From the NCBI GenBank assembly GCA_036722335.1, contig DAIMJI010000003.1, forward strand, positions 3,781-67,780: a stretch of DNA of 64,000 nt, written 5' to 3'. Of the stretch, positions 1-9,898 are shown piece after piece. Made by a program: the position numbers and the translations under genes. How positions within the stretch are numbered: position 1 is the first letter of the stretch; every line of letters starts with the position of its first letter. The notes under the pieces were generated by a model. That model had not been told where the DNA came from, made no database searches, and saw only the letters and a program-made list of their open reading frames with translations. Source of the stretch: Synergistales bacterium. GTDB taxonomy: Bacteria; Synergistota; Synergistia; Synergistales; 79-D21.

Positions 1-54
1 AGCCACAGAGTTCGGGCTGCTTGCCGCGCTGACTTTGAGCGTTTCCACCGCCAT
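1..54 (-). CDS. spoVS: SpoVS family protein, 5' end only (gene runs off the window start)
   Basis: The ATG at 54 on the minus strand reads MAVETLKVSAASSPNSVA. This matches the conserved SpoVS N-terminus (M-x-V-L-K-V-S-A-x-S-x-P-N-S-V-A). It lies downstream of rny-ymdB as in Bacillus. It is too short for the ORF track. Confidence 0.6.
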   Translation of the reverse strand, partial: MAVETLKVSAASSPNSVA

Positions 55-97
55 GGACCCCACACCTTTCCAGACCGAATCGTCCAAGCAGCCAAAT

Positions 98-877
98 TCA
101 CTCGAGCGGCAGGTTGATCCTTCTTATGTCCAGCGCCCTTCCCGTCTCGTCGTCGATTTCCAGTACCACCGCGTTCAGCCTCGGGCCGTCTTCGCAGACA
201 TCGAACTTTGTCGGCATCCCTGTCAGGAACCGCGGGATAACGCTTTCGGCCCGCATACCGATGACGCCGGCATGTCCGCCCGTCATTCCGCAATCCGTCA
301 GGTAGGCCGTCCCACCGGGAAGAATCGATTCGTCAGCCGTCTGGATATGCGTGTGAGTCCCGATAACGGCCGAAACTTTCCCGTCCAGGTACAGGCCTAG
401 CGCCCTCTTTTCCGATGTCGCTTCGGCATGGATGTCGACAATGACGCATTGAGGCAGTGAACGGTCTTTCAGTATCGAATCCGCCGACCTGAAAGGACAA
501 TCGATCGACGGCATGAAAACCCTTCCCTGCAGGTTCAACACGGCAATTTGCTTGCCGTCCTTTTCCAGGAGAGCCAAGCCTTGTCCCGGACAAGCCGGCG
601 GATAGTTCGCGGGCCTTATGATCCTCTTTTCGCTTCCGAGGATCTCGATGAAATCCTTCTTGTCCCAGACATGATTGCCCGAAGTCAGGCAATCGATTCC
701 GTAACCAAGCATTTCCAGGAAAACCTTCTCGGTCAGCCCAAAGCCGGCAGCCGCGTTTTCACCGTTGGCCAAAACGAAATCGAAAGGCCCGTACTCCCGC
801 CTTACGGACGGCAAAAGGCCCAGAACTACCTTTCTCCCGGTACTTCCAACGATATCCCCGATAAAGAGGATTTTCAT
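98..877 (-). CDS. ymdB: YmdB-family metallophosphoesterase (2',3'-cyclic-nucleotide phosphodiesterase)
   Basis: 259-aa ORF. The N-terminus MKILFIGDIVG...ANGENAAAGFG is typical of TIGR00282/YmdB. It sits directly downstream of rny. Confidence 0.9.
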   Translation of the reverse strand: MKILFIGDIVGSTGRKVVLGLLPSVRREYGPFDFVLANGENAAAGFGLTEKVFLEMLGYGIDCLTSGNHVWDKKDFIEILGSEKRIIRPANYPPACPGQGLALLEKDGKQIAVLNLQGRVFMPSIDCPFRSADSILKDRSLPQCVIVDIHAEATSEKRALGLYLDGKVSAVIGTHTHIQTADESILPGGTAYLTDCGMTGGHAGVIGMRAESVIPRFLTGMPTKFDVCEDGPRLNAVVLEIDDETGRALDIRRINLPLE

Positions 878-884
878 GGGTGCC

Positions 885-2414
885 CTACTTCGCGTACTCG
901 AAGGCCCGTGATTCGCGGATGACCGTCACCTTGATCTGTCCCGGGTATTTCATTTCGTTTTCTACCTTCCGGGCAATGTCGTAGGCCATCTTCTGAATTT
1001 CCCCGTCGTCCGCGATCCCAGGGTTCACCATGATCCGGACTTCACGGCCAGCCTGCATCGCGAAGGCCTTAGTCACGCCGTTGAACGTTTTCGCTATCTG
1101 CTCCAGTTTTTCCAGCCTTTTCACGTAGGCATCAAGGCTTTCCCTGCGGGCTCCGGGCCTGGCAGCGCTCACTGCATCCGCCGCCGCGACGAGGACAGCG
1201 TAAAGGGACTGGGGTTCTTCATCCTCGTGATGGGAAGCGATGGCGTTGACGATTTCCATGCTTTCCCCGTGCCGTCTCGCCAAATCCGCTCCGATCATCG
1301 CATGCGGCCCTTCGACGGCATGGTCAACTGCCTTGCCTATGTCGTGAAGCAGGCCTGCCCGGCGGGCGACAGCCTCGTCAAGCCCCAGTTCGGCCGCCAT
1401 TATTCCCGCGATATGCGCAACCTCGAGGCTGTGGGCAAGGGCGTTCTGGCCGTAGCTGTTCCTGAACCGCAACTGGCCGATGATATTGAGCAATTCCGGG
1501 TGCATATGCTTGACGCCGGCTTCCAGCAAGGCGTTCTCGCCAGCATCCAGGATCATTTCTTCCACATCCTTGCGGGCCTTGTCCACGACCTCTTCGATCC
1601 TCGCGGGGTGTATTCTCCCGTCAACAACCAGCCTTTCCAATGAAAGACGGGCGACTTCCCTGCGAACAGGGTCGAAACTGCTCAGGGCAACCGCTTCCGG
1701 TGTATCATCCACGATAAGGTCGACCCCGGTCATCGTTTCGAACGTGCGGATGTTACGGCCTTCCCTACCGATAATCCTGCCCTTCATTTCATCGGAAGGC
1801 AGGCTAACGACGCTGACGGCGATTTCAGAAGTCTGTTCCACCGCACATCTCTGGATAGCGGTTGTGATATATTCGCGGGCCTTCCGTTCCGATTCCCGCT
1901 TGGCTTTTTCCTCGAGGTCCTTGAGCCGCAGCCCGATCAGATGTCCCGCTTCCTCTTCGACTTCCTTGAGGAGGATTGCCCTGGCCTCTTCTCTCGTCAA
2001 AGCCGCGACTTCCTCCAGCCTCTCGATTTGCTGCTGCTTCAGCGCCTCTATTTCTTCTATCCGGCGTTGTGCGTCTTCCTGCTTGGCCCTCAGGTCCTCT
2101 TCCCTCTTCGAGAGGGATTCGAGCTTCCTGTCGAGATTCTCATCCTTCTGTTCGAGCCGTCGTTCCTGCCTTTGGAGTTCCGCCTTTCGCTCCCGTATTT
2201 CCCTGTCGGCTTCCTGCCTAAGGCGGCTTATCTCTTCCTTGCCCTCAGAGAGCAGTTCCTTCTTTCTCGCTTCCCCTTCGGCTATGGCGTCCTTGACCAG
2301 CTTCTGGGCTTGAGCTCCTGCCCCCTGAAGCCCTCTTTCGTCCTGGTACCTTCGCAGCAAGTATCCGATGGCAAGGCCCAAGGAGACCCCTGCCACTAGC
2401 GCAATGAATGACAT
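885..2414 (-). CDS. rny: Ribonuclease Y
   Basis: 509 aa. It has an N-terminal TM helix, a long E/K/R coiled coil, a KH domain ([15 protein letters not shown]) and an HD domain (LLHDIGKA). Confidence 0.95.
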   Translation of the reverse strand: MSFIALVAGVSLGLAIGYLLRRYQDERGLQGAGAQAQKLVKDAIAEGEARKKELLSEGKEEISRLRQEADREIRERKAELQRQERRLEQKDENLDRKLESLSKREEDLRAKQEDAQRRIEEIEALKQQQIERLEEVAALTREEARAILLKEVEEEAGHLIGLRLKDLEEKAKRESERKAREYITTAIQRCAVEQTSEIAVSVVSLPSDEMKGRIIGREGRNIRTFETMTGVDLIVDDTPEAVALSSFDPVRREVARLSLERLVVDGRIHPARIEEVVDKARKDVEEMILDAGENALLEAGVKHMHPELLNIIGQLRFRNSYGQNALAHSLEVAHIAGIMAAELGLDEAVARRAGLLHDIGKAVDHAVEGPHAMIGADLARRHGESMEIVNAIASHHEDEEPQSLYAVLVAAADAVSAARPGARRESLDAYVKRLEKLEQIAKTFNGVTKAFAMQAGREVRIMVNPGIADDGEIQKMAYDIARKVENEMKYPGQIKVTVIRESRAFEYAK

Positions 2415-2511
2415 GTCTCTATCACCCCTGTTTGTTTGTCAAAGTTCGGCATGCTGCCTTGTTGTCCATTATTTTTGACAGAACACCGCGTTTTCGAGGG
2501 TATTCTAGCTT

Positions 2512-2949
2512 CTATTCCTCTCCCGGACAAGACGACCGCAGCGCACCCGCGATTTCGGAGGGCCGAAACCCCCTCCGAATGAGCCTGCCGGCAATCCTTC
2601 GATCATCGATACCCGCTCTCCTCCAGTTTCCAATCATTTGAGCGAGCATGTCCGTATCGGTCCTTTCCCGTACCGCCTTCAAGACGATTTTTTCCTCTAC
2701 TCCTCTCCTGCGCAGCTCGTCACGAAGCCTCAACGGCCCCCAGCTCTCATGTCCTTCGACGAAAAGGCGGGCATACAGGTCGTCGTCGAGAAGTCCCGCA
2801 AGCGTAAGTTCACGGACAGCCGTTTCAGCCTCTTCGGTTGACATTCCTCTTGCTTCAAGCCAGTCAGTTGCCTGTTTTGCCGTTTTCGGCCATCGGCCCA
2901 GGATCGCCGAAAGCGAGTTGCGGAGGTCGCCTTTTTCTTTCTTTCCCAT
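2512..2949 (-). CDS. recX: RecX-family regulatory protein
   Basis: 145 aa with repeated helical RecX-like segments (LLDDDLYARLFVE..., LRDELRRRGVEEKIV). Confidence 0.75.
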   Translation of the reverse strand: MGKKEKGDLRNSLSAILGRWPKTAKQATDWLEARGMSTEEAETAVRELTLAGLLDDDLYARLFVEGHESWGPLRLRDELRRRGVEEKIVLKAVRERTDTDMLAQMIGNWRRAGIDDRRIAGRLIRRGFRPSEIAGALRSSCPGEE

Positions 2950-2952
2950 CTG

Positions 2953-5034
2953 TCACCCCATGACCGGGCCGACGTTCATTTCTTCCCGGCATTCATCCTC
3001 AAAGGAGAAAAAGAAGGAGGCCTTGAGCAGGGGATCGTTTTCTCCAAGCTTCCGCACTTCTTCCCTTGCCATTTCAAGCAGGTTCCTGTCCCTGCGGAGG
3101 TCTCCGACACGGAACTCAGTCACCCCGTGCTGCCGGAAACCGCATAGCGCCCCCGGCCCCCTGAACAGGAGATCCGCCTCCGCTACGGCAAGTCCGTCAT
3201 CCGTTCTAGTCATCAATTTCAACCTTTCCAGGGATTCCATGTTTCCCGGCGAGGAGAAAAGGACACATATCCCCTCACGCTCCCCCCTCCCGACACGCCC
3301 TCTCAACTGGTGCAACTGCGAGAGACCGAACCGTTCGGCATCCTCAACGATGATCATCGTGGCCCCGGGAACATCGATACCCACCTCGACAACCGTTGTA
3401 GCGACAAGGATACCCAGCTTTCCCCGTTCAAACATCTGCATCGCTTCAAGTTTTTCCGAGGAGGGCATCTGGCCGTGAACCACGCCCGCGCTTAACTCCG
3501 GCAGCGCTTCCCGGATTTCCTGGAGCCTTGAAAAAACCGATTTGCCCGTTTCAGGCCCTTGCTCCTCCAGTTGCGGGCACACCCAGAGAACCTGGCCCCC
3601 AGAGGAAACTTCCCTCCCTACACGTTCCATCAGCTTTCCCAGGTTTTCCTTTCCGAGGAGGAACGTCCTGGCCTTTTTACGTCCCGGGAGCGGCCCTTCC
3701 AATTTGGTCACGTCAAGTTCCCCGTACGCGGTAAGGGTCAAGGTGCGCGGAATGGGGGTCGCCGACATGACGAGAAGATGGGGAGCCTTGCCCTTTGCCA
3801 GAAGCGCTGCCTTCTGGGCCACTCCGAAGCGGTGCTGTTCGTCTACAATGACCAACCCGAGCCTTTTCCACCCTACCTTGGGCTGGAAAAGCGCATGTGT
3901 CCCGAAGTAAATGCCGGGCTTTCCGTTTCCGGGTGTCCCCTTGGCCTTCCAGCCTCCACTGTTCCCGTTGCTTCCTGCCAATATTCCACAGGCAATCCCT
4001 AGACCCGCCAGAAGCTCCGAGGTCCTTGTGTAATGCTGCCGCGCCAGGACTTCGGTCGGCACAAGGAAAGCAACCTGCTGCCCCGACTCGGCGGCGGCAA
4101 CAGCTGCCCCCAATGCCACGACGGTCTTTCCACTGCCCACTTCCCCGTGGAGCAGCCTGCGCATGGGGATTTCCCTTTCAAGATCACCCCATATCTCCCG
4201 AACCGCGTTCCGCTGCGACAGGGTCAGTTGGTAGGGGAGTTTTTTCACCAGGAACCGGTTCGTAAGATCCCCGCGCCTTATGATAGGGGCTTTACCCTTT
4301 TCTGCCAGTTCGCGCCGCGCCTTCTTGAACTTGACCTGCAGACAGAAAAACTCCTCGAACACGGCCCTTTTCCTTGCCGCTTTCCAGGAGTTTTCGTCCT
4401 TCGGATAATGGAGCCACTCTACCGTCTTCGCCAGGCCAACGAGCTCACAGGCAACGAGAATCCTTTCCGGAAGCGTTTCCGTCAACAGTTTACCCGCCAG
4501 GAGGGAGTCGAAAAGATCTCTTGTCAATTTCCTCAGGAACTTCTGTGTCAGCCCTTTCGACAGCGGGTACAGGGGAAGGATCCCCGCCTGCGGGCGTTCT
4601 TCGCCCAAGAGGATTTCGAGGTCCGGATTGTTCATCTTCCAGCCCTCTTGGCATTGTTCGGCTTTTCCGAAAAGGGCTACCCTGCTTCCCGGCAAAAGTC
4701 CCGGGAAACCCCCTCTCCGGTTGAACCACGAACAGGTCAGCCTTTTTCCCGCTTCCTCAATGACCGCCGTATGGATGGCTAGCCGTCCCCCTCCGGAACG
4801 CAGCGGCTTTTTCGTTGAAGCCGCATGGACAACCTTTCCGCTGACGAGGAGGTTCCTCCCCTCCACCAGGCTGCCAATCGGTGTGACATGCCGCCGGTCC
4901 TCATATTTCCTCGGCAAGTGAAGAAGGATGTCCTTGACCGTCGTCACGCCCAGGGAAGCCAGGGCCTTTTCCCTTACAGGGCCTACCCCCTTAAGGGCTC
5001 CGATCTTGGTTTCGAGCGAGAGGTTTTCCGTCAA
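2953..5034 (-). CDS. recG: ATP-dependent DNA helicase RecG
   Basis: 693 aa. It has a wedge/OB N-terminus, Walker A GEVGSGKT, DEQHRFG, and helicase C motifs (QLHQLRGRVGRG). Confidence 0.95.
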   Translation of the reverse strand: MTENLSLETKIGALKGVGPVREKALASLGVTTVKDILLHLPRKYEDRRHVTPIGSLVEGRNLLVSGKVVHAASTKKPLRSGGGRLAIHTAVIEEAGKRLTCSWFNRRGGFPGLLPGSRVALFGKAEQCQEGWKMNNPDLEILLGEERPQAGILPLYPLSKGLTQKFLRKLTRDLFDSLLAGKLLTETLPERILVACELVGLAKTVEWLHYPKDENSWKAARKRAVFEEFFCLQVKFKKARRELAEKGKAPIIRRGDLTNRFLVKKLPYQLTLSQRNAVREIWGDLEREIPMRRLLHGEVGSGKTVVALGAAVAAAESGQQVAFLVPTEVLARQHYTRTSELLAGLGIACGILAGSNGNSGGWKAKGTPGNGKPGIYFGTHALFQPKVGWKRLGLVIVDEQHRFGVAQKAALLAKGKAPHLLVMSATPIPRTLTLTAYGELDVTKLEGPLPGRKKARTFLLGKENLGKLMERVGREVSSGGQVLWVCPQLEEQGPETGKSVFSRLQEIREALPELSAGVVHGQMPSSEKLEAMQMFERGKLGILVATTVVEVGIDVPGATMIIVEDAERFGLSQLHQLRGRVGRGEREGICVLFSSPGNMESLERLKLMTRTDDGLAVAEADLLFRGPGALCGFRQHGVTEFRVGDLRRDRNLLEMAREEVRKLGENDPLLKASFFFSFEDECREEMNVGPVMG

Positions 5035-5507
5035 TGCGCCTGGGCCGTCTTTCCGCTTTCCGATACAAGCCCTATGAGGGTTTCAAATTTCGATAAGGTC
5101 CCTTTCATTTCAGCGACGAACTGCTGGCGGACCTGCATGAGCCTGGCAAGTTCCCTTTTTTGTTCATCGATTCGTCCCATTGCTTCATCGATTATGGAAC
5201 CGGCCTTGGCTTCCGCTTCTTTCAGGGTCAATTCCGCCTGCTGGGCGGCGGACCTGATTTTTTCCTCCGCGGTCTGCTGGGCGAAAAGTATCGCCTCGTT
5301 AAGCGAGTGCTTGAGTTCGCGGCATTCTTTTATCTGCTCGTCGGCCGTTTCGAGTTTCCTCTCGAGTTCCCGCATCCTTTCAACGTACCCCTGCAAATTC
5401 TCGGCCACCCTGTCGAGGAACTCGTCCACCTCTTCCGGATCGTACCCCCGGAGCGCCCTCTTGAAACCTTGCTGTTGTATGTCCAGAGGAGTCAGCAGAT
5501 CGTTCAT
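5031..5507 (-). CDS. divIVA: DivIVA domain cell-division protein
   Basis: 158 aa. The N-terminus LTPLDIQQQGFKRALRGYDPEEVDEFLD is the DivIVA signature, followed by coiled coil. It overlaps recG by 4 nt. Confidence 0.85.
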   Translation of the reverse strand: MNDLLTPLDIQQQGFKRALRGYDPEEVDEFLDRVAENLQGYVERMRELERKLETADEQIKECRELKHSLNEAILFAQQTAEEKIRSAAQQAELTLKEAEAKAGSIIDEAMGRIDEQKRELARLMQVRQQFVAEMKGTLSKFETLIGLVSESGKTAQAH

Positions 5508-5941
5508 CCTTCATCGACCTCCCCGGGTTCTTCCCGCTCTTTTTCCGTCTCATCCTTGGGCTGTTCTTCCCATGCCTCAAGCAACCTGCTGTGCGGGGTT
5601 GCCAGAAAAACTCCCGGAGCGATCCTTACAACTTTTCCCTGGGTGGAGTAAACGGCACCGCAGAGGAAATCCAGCAGTCCCTGTCCAGGCTCCAGTTCAA
5701 CGGGCCTGAGGTCGAAGATGACCATCTGCCCCATCCTCAGGGCCTCGGCCAACTCGTCCTTCCTGTCAAGAGCGGTCTGCCCGCGTACGAGAAGTATGGC
5801 CGGCTTGCCGATCGCGGGCTGGAAAACCCTTCTTTTTCTTTCTTCCCAGTCGTTCCCGCGTAGATCGACATCTTCTTCGAATTCATCGTCTTCCTCGATC
5901 AAGCCTAGAAATGCCAGGAACCTTTCCCACAAAGCGCTCAC
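5504..5941 (-). CDS. sepF: Cell division protein SepF
   Basis: 145 aa. It has an acidic N-terminus followed by a DUF552 core (VIFDLRPVE...GLLDFLCGAVYSTQGKV). It lies between yggS and divIVA as in Bacillota. Confidence 0.85.
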   Translation of the reverse strand: MSALWERFLAFLGLIEEDDEFEEDVDLRGNDWEERKRRVFQPAIGKPAILLVRGQTALDRKDELAEALRMGQMVIFDLRPVELEPGQGLLDFLCGAVYSTQGKVVRIAPGVFLATPHSRLLEAWEEQPKDETEKEREEPGEVDEG

Positions 5942-6642
5942 ACCTCCCTGTATTCCCTGGGGCCAAAAAGCGCCTGCCCCAAGCGCACGCAGGTGCTCCC
6001 CTGCTCGATAGCCAGCTCGAAATCTCCCGACATTCCCATCGATAATTCCTGCATCCTTATTCCCAAATTGCCCGACACTTTTTCAGCCAATTCCCTCAAA
6101 AGGCAAAAGGACGCGGAAATTTCCTTCTCCCCCCCATGAAGCGGGCCAACCGTCATCAGTCCCCTTACGTTCAAGCTGGGACAATCGAGGAGGACCCTTT
6201 CGACAAGCCCCTCCAGTTCCTCGGGAGCAACCCCATGCTTTGCCGCTTCCCCCGATGTATTGACTTCCACCAGGACAGGCATCACTTGTCCTTTTTCCGA
6301 GAGAATCCGCTCCAGGTCTTCCGCCAGCCCTATACGGTCAAGGGAATCGATTCCCGAAAAAAGGCCAAGCGCTTTCCTCGCCTTGTTTCTCTGCAAGTGC
6401 CCAATCAAACGCCACTCACACGCGAAATCCGGTGACCATTCCCCTATCTTGGATTCCGCCTCCTGGACCCTGTTTTCACCAAAGAGCACGATCCCTTCGC
6501 GCCAGACTTCCCTGATCTCCTCAGGATAACGCGTTTTCGTGACCGCCATCACCGAAATCTCGTCCGATTTCCTTCCGGATTTCAACGCGGCCTCCGAAAT
6601 CCGCCGGCGAATTTCCCTGACCCTTTCCGCTACAGGAATCAC
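5938..6642 (-). CDS. yggS: YggS/YlmE-family pyridoxal-phosphate homeostasis protein
   Basis: 234 aa. It has AVTKTR (the PLP lysine) and HLIGHLQRNK-like motifs. Confidence 0.9.
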   Translation of the reverse strand: MIPVAERVREIRRRISEAALKSGRKSDEISVMAVTKTRYPEEIREVWREGIVLFGENRVQEAESKIGEWSPDFACEWRLIGHLQRNKARKALGLFSGIDSLDRIGLAEDLERILSEKGQVMPVLVEVNTSGEAAKHGVAPEELEGLVERVLLDCPSLNVRGLMTVGPLHGGEKEISASFCLLRELAEKVSGNLGIRMQELSMGMSGDFELAIEQGSTCVRLGQALFGPREYREV

Positions 6643-7619
6643 CAGAGCAAAACCTTCCTTTCCTCCCCCAGGGAAGCCTGGCTCAAAACCAGGTCCCCCG
6701 CCTTCAGGCCTTCCGTCACCAGGAAACGTGACTTGGGCAAGGGCTGTCCCTTTACGCTCCTGTATTCGAGTTTCCCCGCCGAAAACGCGTAGACGCCCAT
6801 CCCACCGTCTCTCTGCATCAGGGCGCTTTCAGGAAGGACCACGCCTTTCTTTTCCCCGTGAAAAAATTCCAGTTCGAGGTTCCGTTTCGATACCATCTTC
6901 GTGGGGAAAAACGGGAGCGTAAAATAGACCTTGGCCTTCGAACCGTAATCCTGTACTGCCCTGATGCCTGCCTTTTTGGGTCTTTCCCCTCCCACCGAGA
7001 ACATGAGGAAGCCTTTGCCCACCTGCCCCCTCGTCACCGCGTCCATGCCTATGTAAGCAATCCCCCGGAGTTCTTGCGGCTGGGGGATGAGCTTTCCAAC
7101 AGGGTTACCCCGGCCTACCCCTTCGCCATCAGCCCTTAAGGAAAGCGCCCCGGATTTCGGCAGTTCGCCGTCTCCTGGCCAAACCTTAGAAAATTCCCAT
7201 TTCCCCTCCATGCCGTCAGTGCCGCAAACGAAGTAGCCTGAAAAAGGCGCCCTGACGACAGACTTCCCATTTCCCGAAAGGATCTCCGCCACGACGTCCC
7301 CTCCGGCAACCCTGACGATTTCCCTCCCCTGGGGATAATGCACGACACCTTCCACGGGAGAGGTCAAAACGGTTTCCCGCCACAGGAGGATTGTGTTTGA
7401 AAGGACCTCATCCTTGACGGTAAGCGGTTCCGCAGCTGAGAACTCGGGCCTGAACGCCCGGAAATTGACCCACCAGCCGGCATAGGATGCAACGCTCCCC
7501 AAAACGATCGCGGCAAGGAGGCCAATATAGAGCAAAGACCTTTGGCTTTTCCTGGCAGGCTTTTCCCGGTTTTCAACTTCCTCCCGCAATCGAGCTCCCC
7601 CCCACTTAACTTTATTCAC
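6639..7619 (-). CDS. Membrane-anchored hypothetical protein with a possible barrel-sandwich (HlyD-like) fold
   Basis: 326 aa with one N-terminal TM helix (LLYIGLLAAIVLGSVASYAGWW) and a beta-rich remainder. It is translationally coupled to nrdJ (8-nt overlap) and yggS (4-nt overlap). The fold guess is by eye only. Confidence 0.5.
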   Translation of the reverse strand: MNKVKWGGARLREEVENREKPARKSQRSLLYIGLLAAIVLGSVASYAGWWVNFRAFRPEFSAAEPLTVKDEVLSNTILLWRETVLTSPVEGVVHYPQGREIVRVAGGDVVAEILSGNGKSVVRAPFSGYFVCGTDGMEGKWEFSKVWPGDGELPKSGALSLRADGEGVGRGNPVGKLIPQPQELRGIAYIGMDAVTRGQVGKGFLMFSVGGERPKKAGIRAVQDYGSKAKVYFTLPFFPTKMVSKRNLELEFFHGEKKGVVLPESALMQRDGGMGVYAFSAGKLEYRSVKGQPLPKSRFLVTEGLKAGDLVLSQASLGEERKVLLW

Positions 7620-9795
7620 ATTTTGAAAAATCGCAACTCTTGCACCTGATGCAGCCTTCGCTGTGAATCAGGGGCGACCCGCAGGAGGGACACATTTCAG
7701 CCGTATCCAGGTCGACCTTGAATCCCCCTGCCCTTTCAAGCCCCCTCGCGATGGCATCCGGCAGGCTAAGGACAATCCCGTCCGCTTCCCAGACCGGCTG
7801 GCTCCCCCCGATACCCTTGAGCTGGCTGACGACCTCTTCAACGGGGACCCCGCTCCTGAGCGCCAGCGAGATCATCCGCCCAAGCGCTTCGGTGTGGGCC
7901 TGGGTATCCTTGCCGGATTTCCCGAGGGTTGCAAAAACCTCGAAAGGCCGGGAATCCATTTCATTCACCGTCAGGTAAAGATTCCCGAAACCTGTCATGA
8001 TTTTTACCGTAGTCCCCCTCAGCAGCGAGGGGCGCCGCCTGGGAAGAGTCTTCCCGTCACGGGGCTCTTCTTCCGCCTTTGCCCTGGAACCGGCATAAAG
8101 CACCTGGCTATCCTTGCACCTGTCCCTGTAAACCGTGATCCCTTTACAGCCGGATTCGTAGGCCAGCCAGAAAGCTTTTCTGACATCTTCCCTCGAGGCT
8201 TCATTTGGCAGGTTGATCGTTTTGCTCACAGCGTTGTCGGTAAAACGCTGGAATGCCGCCTGCATGGCGACGTGGGCCTCGTAAGGGATTTCGTGGGAAG
8301 TGAGGAAGACATTCCTGATATCCTCCGGAACGTCCAGCCCCTCGGCGGAACCCTTCTCGCAAATTGCCTCGATGACGCCGGGGTTCAACGTGCCTCTTTC
8401 CTCAAGCTTCCTGATCAGGATTTCGTTGACCACGGTAAGGGTGTCCGATTCGAAGGCTTTTCTCCTGTACGCAAGGGCATAGACCGGTTCAATGCCGCTG
8501 GAACAGTCGGCGAGTATGGAAAGCGTTCCCGTTGGCGCGATTGTCGTGACGGTGGCGTTCCTCATTGGCCTTCCCTGTAATGCCCAGGAACTTCCTTCCC
8601 AGCTTGGGAAGCAGCCTCTTTCACCTGCCAGTGACTCGCTCGCGGCATGTCCCCTGGCCTGTATGAAGGACATGACCTCTTCTCCCAGGCTTATCGATTC
8701 CCGGCTTCCGTAAGGTATCCCCTTTTCGAACAAGACTTCAGCCCATCCCATTATGCCCAGGCCAACCTTGCGGTTCTGTCTTGTCCTTTCGCGAATCTCG
8801 GGCAGCGGGTAATGGTTCATTTCAATGACATCGTCAAGGAAGCGCACCGCGAGGTCAACCACTTTCCCCAGTTTCTCCCAGTCGAAATTCCCGTTGCCGT
8901 CCAGGAAACGAACAAGGTTCAGGGATCCAAGGTTGCAGCTTTCGTACGGCAACAGGGGCTGCTCGCCACAAGGGTTCGTCGCTTCGATCGGTCCGAGGTG
9001 CGCCGTCGGGTTGTTTTCGTTGATCCGGTCGAGGAACACGATCCCGGGATCTCCCGAAGCCCAGGCTGAATCGACAACCAGGTCGAAGATCTCCGCAGCC
9101 CTGACCTTGGAAACGGTTTCTCCCGTTCGAGGATTCAGGAGTTCCCAGTCCGATCCCACCCTCACGGCTTCCATGAAAGCATCTTGAACGGCAACCGATA
9201 CGTTGAAATTGGCCAGTCTTCCCCTTGTCGTTTTTGCCTTGATGAATTCGATAATGTCCGGGTGTGACACTTCGAGGATGCCCATATTGGCCCCTCGTCT
9301 CGTCCCGCCCTGCTTCACGACTTCGGTGGCATCGTTGAAAAGCTCCAGGAAGGAAACCGGTCCTGACGCCACTCCGGAGGTCGACCTTACCCGGTCTCCC
9401 GCGGGCCTTATCCTCGAGAAGTTGAAACCGGTTCCCCCGCCGCTCTTGTGAACGAGAGCCGTTGCCTTGAGAGCATCGAATATCTCCTCCATGCTGTCCC
9501 CGATGGGCAGGACGAAACAGGCTGACAACTGGCCCAAGGCCGCCCCGGCATTCATAAGCGTCGGTGAATTGGGCAGGAAAAGCAGGTCCGCCATGATATC
9601 GTAGAATTCCCCGGCTCTTTCCTGGGGTTTGCCCCCCCATTTCTCCTCGGCCCGGGCGACAGAAGAAGCAACCCTCAACAGCATTTGCGAGGGGTCTTCC
9701 ACGATTTCTCCATTTTCATTCTTTTTCAGGTATCTTTTTTCAAGCACTTTTACCGCATTTTCTGAAAAACGGGGTTTTTTCTCCTTCGGGGCCAT
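7612..9795 (-). CDS. nrdJ: Adenosylcobalamin-dependent ribonucleoside-triphosphate/diphosphate reductase (class II)
   Basis: 727 aa. It shows class II RNR motifs (NPCGEQPL, TIAPTGT) and a C-terminal Cys cluster (CPSCGSPL...CIRCKSC). Confidence 0.95.
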   Translation of the reverse strand: MAPKEKKPRFSENAVKVLEKRYLKKNENGEIVEDPSQMLLRVASSVARAEEKWGGKPQERAGEFYDIMADLLFLPNSPTLMNAGAALGQLSACFVLPIGDSMEEIFDALKATALVHKSGGGTGFNFSRIRPAGDRVRSTSGVASGPVSFLELFNDATEVVKQGGTRRGANMGILEVSHPDIIEFIKAKTTRGRLANFNVSVAVQDAFMEAVRVGSDWELLNPRTGETVSKVRAAEIFDLVVDSAWASGDPGIVFLDRINENNPTAHLGPIEATNPCGEQPLLPYESCNLGSLNLVRFLDGNGNFDWEKLGKVVDLAVRFLDDVIEMNHYPLPEIRERTRQNRKVGLGIMGWAEVLFEKGIPYGSRESISLGEEVMSFIQARGHAASESLAGERGCFPSWEGSSWALQGRPMRNATVTTIAPTGTLSILADCSSGIEPVYALAYRRKAFESDTLTVVNEILIRKLEERGTLNPGVIEAICEKGSAEGLDVPEDIRNVFLTSHEIPYEAHVAMQAAFQRFTDNAVSKTINLPNEASREDVRKAFWLAYESGCKGITVYRDRCKDSQVLYAGSRAKAEEEPRDGKTLPRRRPSLLRGTTVKIMTGFGNLYLTVNEMDSRPFEVFATLGKSGKDTQAHTEALGRMISLALRSGVPVEEVVSQLKGIGGSQPVWEADGIVLSLPDAIARGLERAGGFKVDLDTAEMCPSCGSPLIHSEGCIRCKSCDFSKCE

Positions 9796-9831
9796 TCGCG
9801 TTTCCTCCTCTAAGGGACTTCATCCTTCCCA

Positions 9832-9860
9832 ATTATCGCCCTGAAGGAACCTTTAATCAA
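9832..9860 (-). promoter_or_regulatory. Candidate sigma-70 promoter of nrdJ (TTGATT-N17-GATAAT on the minus strand)
   Basis: The minus strand reads TTGATTaaaggttccttcagggcGATAAT about 35 nt upstream of the GGAGG SD and the nrdJ ATG. Confidence 0.5.
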
Positions 9861-9867
9861 GTGGACA

Positions 9868-9883
9868 TCACAAGATATGGTGG
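9868..9883 (-). promoter_or_regulatory. NrdR box (promoter-proximal)
   Basis: The plus strand reads tcacaagatatggtgg. This matches 12/16 positions of the NrdR-box palindrome acaCwAtATaTwGtgt. Confidence 0.6.
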
Positions 9884-9898
9884 TTATTCGACCCCCGC

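Noticed and set aside
35-400. A 121-aa plus-strand ORF at the window start.
   Set aside because: It is antisense to ymdB and to the spoVS-ymdB junction, so it is a shadow ORF.
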